Shown here piece after piece: positions 43,460 to 48,000 of a DNA stretch of 48,000 nt. The translations under genes were made by a program, and so were the position numbers. A model generated the notes under the pieces. That model searched no databases, was not told where the DNA came from, and worked only from the letters and a program-made list of their open reading frames with translations. How positions within the stretch are numbered: the stretch's first letter is position 1; the number at the start of each line of letters is the position of its first letter. This stretch comes from Myxacorys chilensis ATA2-1-KO14 (lineage in GTDB: Bacteria; Cyanobacteriota; Cyanobacteriia; Leptolyngbyales; Leptolyngbyaceae): positions 1 through 48,000 of the forward strand of contig JAHHHP010000034.1 of the NCBI GenBank assembly GCA_019359275.1, read 5' to 3'.

Positions 43460-44311
43460 ATGCCAATAAAAAGCGTTGTAGCACTCGATGAGTTGGCAGA
43501 GGGGAGTATCTTAAGCGTTTCGGCAGACCGTCTGATTGAAAAGATTAGGGAAGCGAACGGGAAAGGTCGGATGAACCTAAACCTCGAAGGTGCTAATTTT
43601 GCAGAAGCGCACTTCGGTGGGCTTAAGCTTCGTTATGCCAGTTTGACAACGGCAAGTCTTGTAAGGGCAAATTTTCAGGGCAGTGATATGGAAGGGGCCT
43701 GGATGGACGATACCGATCTAACAGAAGCAACATTCGGTAATGGCTTTTTCCGGGGCGTAAGCTTCGAGAGATCGAGGCTGGGAAACGCTACATTAATGGA
43801 GGCGACCTTCGAGGGAGTCAATATGGTTGATGCCTTCCTAGGTGGTGCTAACGCACGTGGCGCTATGTTTGGAGTCTCAAACTTTCAAGGGGCCGACCTT
43901 AGAGGAGCAGATTTCCGCAATTGCGACCTGATGAATTGCAATCTTGCCAAAGCAAATCTTGAAGGTGTCAACTTTTCGAGCGCAAAGATTTCAAGGACCA
44001 ATCTGCCAGTGGAGTCTCTCTCCGAAGCTAATTTCCAGCGGGCGTATATGGCTGAATGTTTTTTGCGCGGTGCGGACCTTCGCAGCACGAAGCTCCGGGG
44101 CGCAGACCTGCGCTTTGCGAATCTCGAAGGTGCCAATCTCTCGGAAATGGATTTGAGAGGCGTTAACTTCACTGAGACTAATCTTAAGGGTGCTGACTTG
44201 CGCGGTGCAAACCTCGAAAACGCAGTATTTCATAATGCGAACCTGAGTGCCACTTTGGTGGACGCCCGTGTTGTCGAGACCGTGGGAGTTGCCATAAAGG
44301 CAGTGGGCTGA
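43460..44311 (+). CDS. Pentapeptide-repeat protein
   Basis: Long run of A(D/N)LxG-type pentads, e.g. 'ANLEGANLSEMDLRGVNFTETNLKGADLRGANLENAVF'. Shine-Dalgarno AGGAGG at 43445-43450. Confidence 0.9.
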   Translation: MPIKSVVALDELAEGSILSVSADRLIEKIREANGKGRMNLNLEGANFAEAHFGGLKLRYASLTTASLVRANFQGSDMEGAWMDDTDLTEATFGNGFFRGVSFERSRLGNATLMEATFEGVNMVDAFLGGANARGAMFGVSNFQGADLRGADFRNCDLMNCNLAKANLEGVNFSSAKISRTNLPVESLSEANFQRAYMAECFLRGADLRSTKLRGADLRFANLEGANLSEMDLRGVNFTETNLKGADLRGANLENAVFHNANLSATLVDARVVETVGVAIKAVG

Positions 44312-44335
44312 TGAAATTCAGAACTGAGGTAGATC

Positions 44336-44683
44336 ATGGGTATGATCCTTGCACGCGTTATTTTGTTCGCTGAGGACGTTGTTTCGACGGCAGCTTTCTA
44401 TAATCGTGTATTTCATCTGCCCATAATTGGTGATCCGAATGATCGGGATTTCATCCAGCTCGATGCTGGGTCCTGTACTATCGCCATACATCGCGGATCT
44501 GCTTCTTCGGGTCCAGGACGGGCACCGAAACTGGTATTTCGGGTAGAGGATGTAGAAGGTGAACGAAATCGTCTGATCGCAAATGGTGTCAAGCTCGGCA
44601 AAATCATGGAGTCACCAGAATTCGCTTTTTGCGATGGTCGCGACCCAGCCGGTAACACCTTCCAGATATCGAGCCGACCCTAA
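44336..44683 (+). CDS. VOC-superfamily (glyoxalase/bleomycin-resistance fold) protein
   Basis: 115 aa with '...FYNRVFHLPIIGD...FIQLDAG...IAIH...FRVEDVEGERNRLIANGVKL...FCDGRDPAGNTFQIS'. This is the typical beta-alpha-beta-beta-beta module pattern. Confidence 0.7.
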   Translation: MGMILARVILFAEDVVSTAAFYNRVFHLPIIGDPNDRDFIQLDAGSCTIAIHRGSASSGPGRAPKLVFRVEDVEGERNRLIANGVKLGKIMESPEFAFCDGRDPAGNTFQISSRP

Positions 44684-44709
44684 TACCTCTGTACTTCGCA
44701 AGGTAAGCT

Positions 44710-46563
44710 ATGTGTGGAATTGCCGGCATTATTACTCTGGGCAATGGTCCACCGCCTGACTTAAACGTGGCACTGCGCATGGCTGAGGCAATACGCCATC
44801 GTGGACCTGACGGTCATGGCTACTATTCGGACAATTATGCAGCCATGGCCGTTCGCCGCTTAGCTATTGTTGCGCGTCGGGGTGGAGACCAACCGATTCG
44901 CTCCGGCAGTCAGACACTAATTGCCAATGGTGAGGTATATGATTATGTTGCTCAACGCGAAAGACTTCGCGCTGCTGGAGCAGTTTTTACTGGCGAGTCT
45001 GATGTTGAGGTTCTCCTACACCTCCTCGCCGATGGCGATCCTAGTCGATTAATCGATGTTAACGGTCAATTCGCCTTAGCCCTATGGGATCGCGAGGCAC
45101 GACGGCTACTTTTAGCGCGCGATCACTTCGGTATTGCCCCGCTGTTCTACGCAGAATGCAATGGTGCCCTGATCTTTGGCTCAGAGATCAAAGCTCTTCT
45201 TCAATATCCCGACCTCGATCGAACGCTGGACCCTGCTGGGCTGGATCAGGTTGCCACCTTTCCTGGTTTAGTGAGTCCAACGACAATGTTCCGGCATGTT
45301 CGCAGTCTGCCCCCAGGCAGTTACCTCGTAGCTGATCGTCAAGGTGTTCGGGTACAGTGTTACTGGGATCTTGACTATCCATTGGCTGAGGCTACCGACC
45401 GATCGGATGAGTGCCTGGAAAACGCATACGTGGCTGAACTGGCGCGATTACTGGATGCTGCGACAGAGCGGCGGTTGCAAGGCGAAGCTGAGGTGGGACT
45501 ATTGCTGAGCGGTGGCCTCGACTCATCAATGATCGGCGGCATTCTGCGCCGTCTTCACCCAGAGCACCCGATCCGGGCCTATTCAGCGGTTTTCCCTGGC
45601 CGAACTTTTGATGAGAGTCGCTTCCAACGCGCTGCTGCTGCCGCATCTGGACTGACATTGACTCAAGTATCATTTGACACCAATCGCATTGTCGATGCTC
45701 TGTCAGATATGATTGCGCACGCAGAGTGTCCTGTGCGGGAGTCTTACAACGTTTGTAGCCTTGTCCTGGCTCGAGCGGCGCGCAACGACAGTGTTACTGT
45801 GTTGCTGGGAGGCGAGGGTGCGGATGAGTTGTTCGCCGGTTATCCTGGGTATTACGTCGATGTAGCACTCCATAACAATCGTCCTCTTTTCACCGAAAGC
45901 GGTAGTGTGCAAGGGAACTGGGGCAACGCTGGGCTTCGCTATGAACGGGAATACGACGATCTCGCACGAAAGTTGCGCGGACTTTATAGCGGTGACATTC
46001 GTCGCGAACTCGCGCAGGAAAACGCCCTAGATGTCACACAACCCTGCCTTCAAGCACTCCGCGGTCGGCATGTCCAACACCAGCGATCCTATCTCGATGT
46101 CAAGCTTCGCTTGGCCGACCATCTTCTCGGTGATCACGGTGATCGCATGATGTATGCAAGTGGTGTTGAGGCGAGATTTCCGTTTTTAGACAAGGACTTA
46201 GTCACCTTCGTGCGCACTATCCCGCCGCAGATAAATTTGAAGAATGGTGTTGAGAAGTATCTGCTGCGACGGGTGGCTGAACGAGACTTGCCCCGTCCCT
46301 TGAGGGAGCGGCGAAAGTACGGATTTCGTGCTCCTGGTACCAACGATCTACTATTGGACGAAAGGGTCCGTGCCTGGCTTTCTCCTCACCGTATTCGGCA
46401 CGATGGCTGGTTCGATCCGGCAGCCGTGGCATCCCTAGTGTCCAAAGCTGAGGGTCGCCAGAATGACCTCAATCCGCATGTGGAGGATGATCTACTGATG
46501 ATTGTATTGTCTTTCAACATCTTCCTTGATGCATTTCACACTGCCAACAATGTAGCACTCTGA
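44710..46563 (+). CDS. Asparagine synthetase (glutamine-hydrolysing) family amidotransferase
   Basis: N-terminal nucleophile 'MCGIAG', 'RHRGPDG', PP-loop 'LLSGGLDSS', 'GEGADELFAGY'. Confidence 0.88.
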   Translation: MCGIAGIITLGNGPPPDLNVALRMAEAIRHRGPDGHGYYSDNYAAMAVRRLAIVARRGGDQPIRSGSQTLIANGEVYDYVAQRERLRAAGAVFTGESDVEVLLHLLADGDPSRLIDVNGQFALALWDREARRLLLARDHFGIAPLFYAECNGALIFGSEIKALLQYPDLDRTLDPAGLDQVATFPGLVSPTTMFRHVRSLPPGSYLVADRQGVRVQCYWDLDYPLAEATDRSDECLENAYVAELARLLDAATERRLQGEAEVGLLLSGGLDSSMIGGILRRLHPEHPIRAYSAVFPGRTFDESRFQRAAAAASGLTLTQVSFDTNRIVDALSDMIAHAECPVRESYNVCSLVLARAARNDSVTVLLGGEGADELFAGYPGYYVDVALHNNRPLFTESGSVQGNWGNAGLRYEREYDDLARKLRGLYSGDIRRELAQENALDVTQPCLQALRGRHVQHQRSYLDVKLRLADHLLGDHGDRMMYASGVEARFPFLDKDLVTFVRTIPPQINLKNGVEKYLLRRVAERDLPRPLRERRKYGFRAPGTNDLLLDERVRAWLSPHRIRHDGWFDPAAVASLVSKAEGRQNDLNPHVEDDLLMIVLSFNIFLDAFHTANNVAL

Positions 46564-46570
46564 GGTTCCT

Positions 46571-48000
46571 ATGACGCCGTTTCCAGACTCTGTACAGGCT
46601 TGGTTCTTCGCTGTCGCCGACAAACAGCCCGATGCCGTGGCCGTCGTCACTGATGATCAAACTCTTACTTATAGTGAATTAAGCTGTAGATCCCGTGGAG
46701 TGGTATCCGCCCTAAAGTCTAAAGGAGTTCAACCTGGAACAATTGTTGCCATTTTCTGCCCCGAGCCAGCTGACTTCATTGTAGCGTTGATCGGTGTTCT
46801 AGCGGCTGGCGGTGTCCCGTGTCCACTGGACACGACTTGGCCAATGCGTCGACTAATCCAGTTGCTGGAGATTACTACACCGGCCTTTGGGATAGTTGGA
46901 CTTGGGCATGGTAACGCTCTGAAGACTATGGCCCCTACATGGCAGCCGATGGAAATAGTGGAATTGAATCCCAACTTTCCAAAAGATGGCGATGCGCCGA
47001 GCTGGACGCCCCACCCTGACAGTCCATGCTACGTCTTTTTCACCTCGGGCTCGTCCGGCCGACCGAAGGGAATTGTCGGGCGAACTATCGCAGTAACACA
47101 CTTCATCGATTGGGAGATCCGGACATTTGGCGTAACGACCACCGATGTGATACCAATGCTAACGAGTCCTGGGTTCGATGCCGTGCTACGTGACATCTTC
47201 ACGCCGCTATGTGCGGGCGGGCGCATTATAGCACCCGTCAATCGCGAGCTGCTTATCGACGCTGAAGCTCTTGCTGTATGGTTAGGCCACAAGGGAGCTA
47301 CACTTTGGCATACGACACCATCACTGCTCCGTAGCGTGTTGCGTTGCAACAAGGCATCAAGCCTGCCGAACCTGCGCCTTGGGCTGACCGCAGGCGAACC
47401 TCTCCTCCCATCGGATATCGAGGCGTGGTTTGCTGTGTTCGGAGATCGGGCTGAACTGGTGAACTTTTATGGCCCATCTGAAACCACTATGATCAAGATG
47501 TTTCACCGCATTACCTACCAAGACATGCAACGCGCACGTGTTCCTATCGGCCGCCCCATCGATGGCTGTCGCGCAATCATCTTGGACAGCGCAGGGGCTC
47601 CTGCGGGTGTGGGCATAGTCGACGAAATTTATCTGCGAACGCCCTATCGGTCGTTAGGCTATCTAGGACAACCGGACCAGACAGTAAAGGTATTTGTGCC
47701 CAACCCTCTAACCAATTCGGCTGATGACATCGTATACCGGACTGGAGACTTGGGACGGATGGATGAAGATGGGGTCTTTGAGTTCTTTGGACGGGTAGAC
47801 TGGCAGCTTAAGATTCGGGGCGTCAGGGTTGAACCCAGTGAAGTCGAGGATGTTCTACGTCGACATGCTGACGTACTTGACATAACTGTAGTGGGATACG
47901 CGTTTGAGGATTCCGAACTTCAGCTTTGTGCTTATGTAGTGCTGCGGGAGAATGCTAGCATCGATGCAATTCGGGCATTCGGTGCTGAGCGGCTCTTGGA
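46571..48000 (+). CDS. NRPS, 5' part (starts directly with an A domain; continues beyond window)
   Basis: Not in the ORF track because no stop occurs before the window end. My translation from ATG 46571 is open to 48000 and shows 'VFFTSGSSGRPKG', 'SPGFDAVLRDIF', 'NFYGPSETT', 'YRTGDLGR', 'LKIRGVRVEPSEVE'. Confidence 0.9.
   Translation, partial: MTPFPDSVQAWFFAVADKQPDAVAVVTDDQTLTYSELSCRSRGVVSALKSKGVQPGTIVAIFCPEPADFIVALIGVLAAGGVPCPLDTTWPMRRLIQLLEITTPAFGIVGLGHGNALKTMAPTWQPMEIVELNPNFPKDGDAPSWTPHPDSPCYVFFTSGSSGRPKGIVGRTIAVTHFIDWEIRTFGVTTTDVIPMLTSPGFDAVLRDIFTPLCAGGRIIAPVNRELLIDAEALAVWLGHKGATLWHTTPSLLRSVLRCNKASSLPNLRLGLTAGEPLLPSDIEAWFAVFGDRAELVNFYGPSETTMIKMFHRITYQDMQRARVPIGRPIDGCRAIILDSAGAPAGVGIVDEIYLRTPYRSLGYLGQPDQTVKVFVPNPLTNSADDIVYRTGDLGRMDEDGVFEFFGRVDWQLKIRGVRVEPSEVEDVLRRHADVLDITVVGYAFEDSELQLCAYVVLRENASIDAIRAFGAERLL

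Noticed and set aside
43885-44233. Three overlapping ORFs within or antisense to the pentapeptide-repeat gene.
   Set aside because: They are artefacts of the 15-nt periodic repeat, which keeps several frames open.
1-48000. CRISPR arrays, tRNA/rRNA genes, integrase/att sites, toxin-antitoxin or defence-system genes.
   Set aside because: I could recognise no regularly spaced direct repeats, no cloverleaf-like or rRNA-like sequence, and no relevant protein motifs in the ORF set. The absence is by eye only.

Overview
The window is dominated by a large non-ribosomal peptide synthetase (NRPS) lipopeptide-type gene cluster in G+C-rich coding sequence.

**Cluster genes recognised**
- FAAL-ACP-C-A-T initiation protein (21266-26104).
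- Convergent ~4270-aa NRPS (26101-38916) with architecture C*(degenerate)-A-T-C-A[luciferase-like monooxygenase insert]-T-C-A[N-methyltransferase insert]-T-E.
- C-A-T-C protein followed by a free-standing C domain (5435-11364).
- 5' part of a further A-domain-first NRPS running off the right edge (46571->48000).
- Tailoring and supply genes: Sfp-type PPTase, a PP-loop amidotransferase fused to a C-like domain, a C-TauD didomain hydroxylase, a MIO ammonia-lyase/aminomutase, an AsnB-like amidotransferase, and an SbnA/SbnB pair (L-2,3-diaminopropionate supply).
- Possible self-resistance genes: a pentapeptide-repeat protein and a VOC/glyoxalase-fold protein.

**Accessory segment (~11.4-21.3 kb)**
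The cluster is split by a visibly lower-G+C, IS-scarred segment. It contains what I consider the most novel item: a tandem cassette array of [radical-SAM/SPASM enzyme + ~130-aa five-cysteine protein + conserved non-coding tail].
- One complete rSAM gene is flanked by two paralogous Cys-rich proteins.
- A relic of a second rSAM 3' end lies upstream of the first Cys-rich gene.
- A PqaA-like hydrolase gene follows the array, separated from it by an apparently recent IS1-family insertion.

**Mobile DNA**
- A decayed IS630 copy with intact inverted repeats.
- Two transposase remnants (IS630-like HTH and IS982-like).
- An intact-looking IS1-family element with an A7 frameshift site.

No tRNA, rRNA or CRISPR array was seen. 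A cyanobacterial host is plausible (IS types, pentapeptide-repeat protein, FAAL-initiated NRPS) but cannot be proven from the sequence. All domain calls come from reading motifs by eye, and domain coordinates are approximate.
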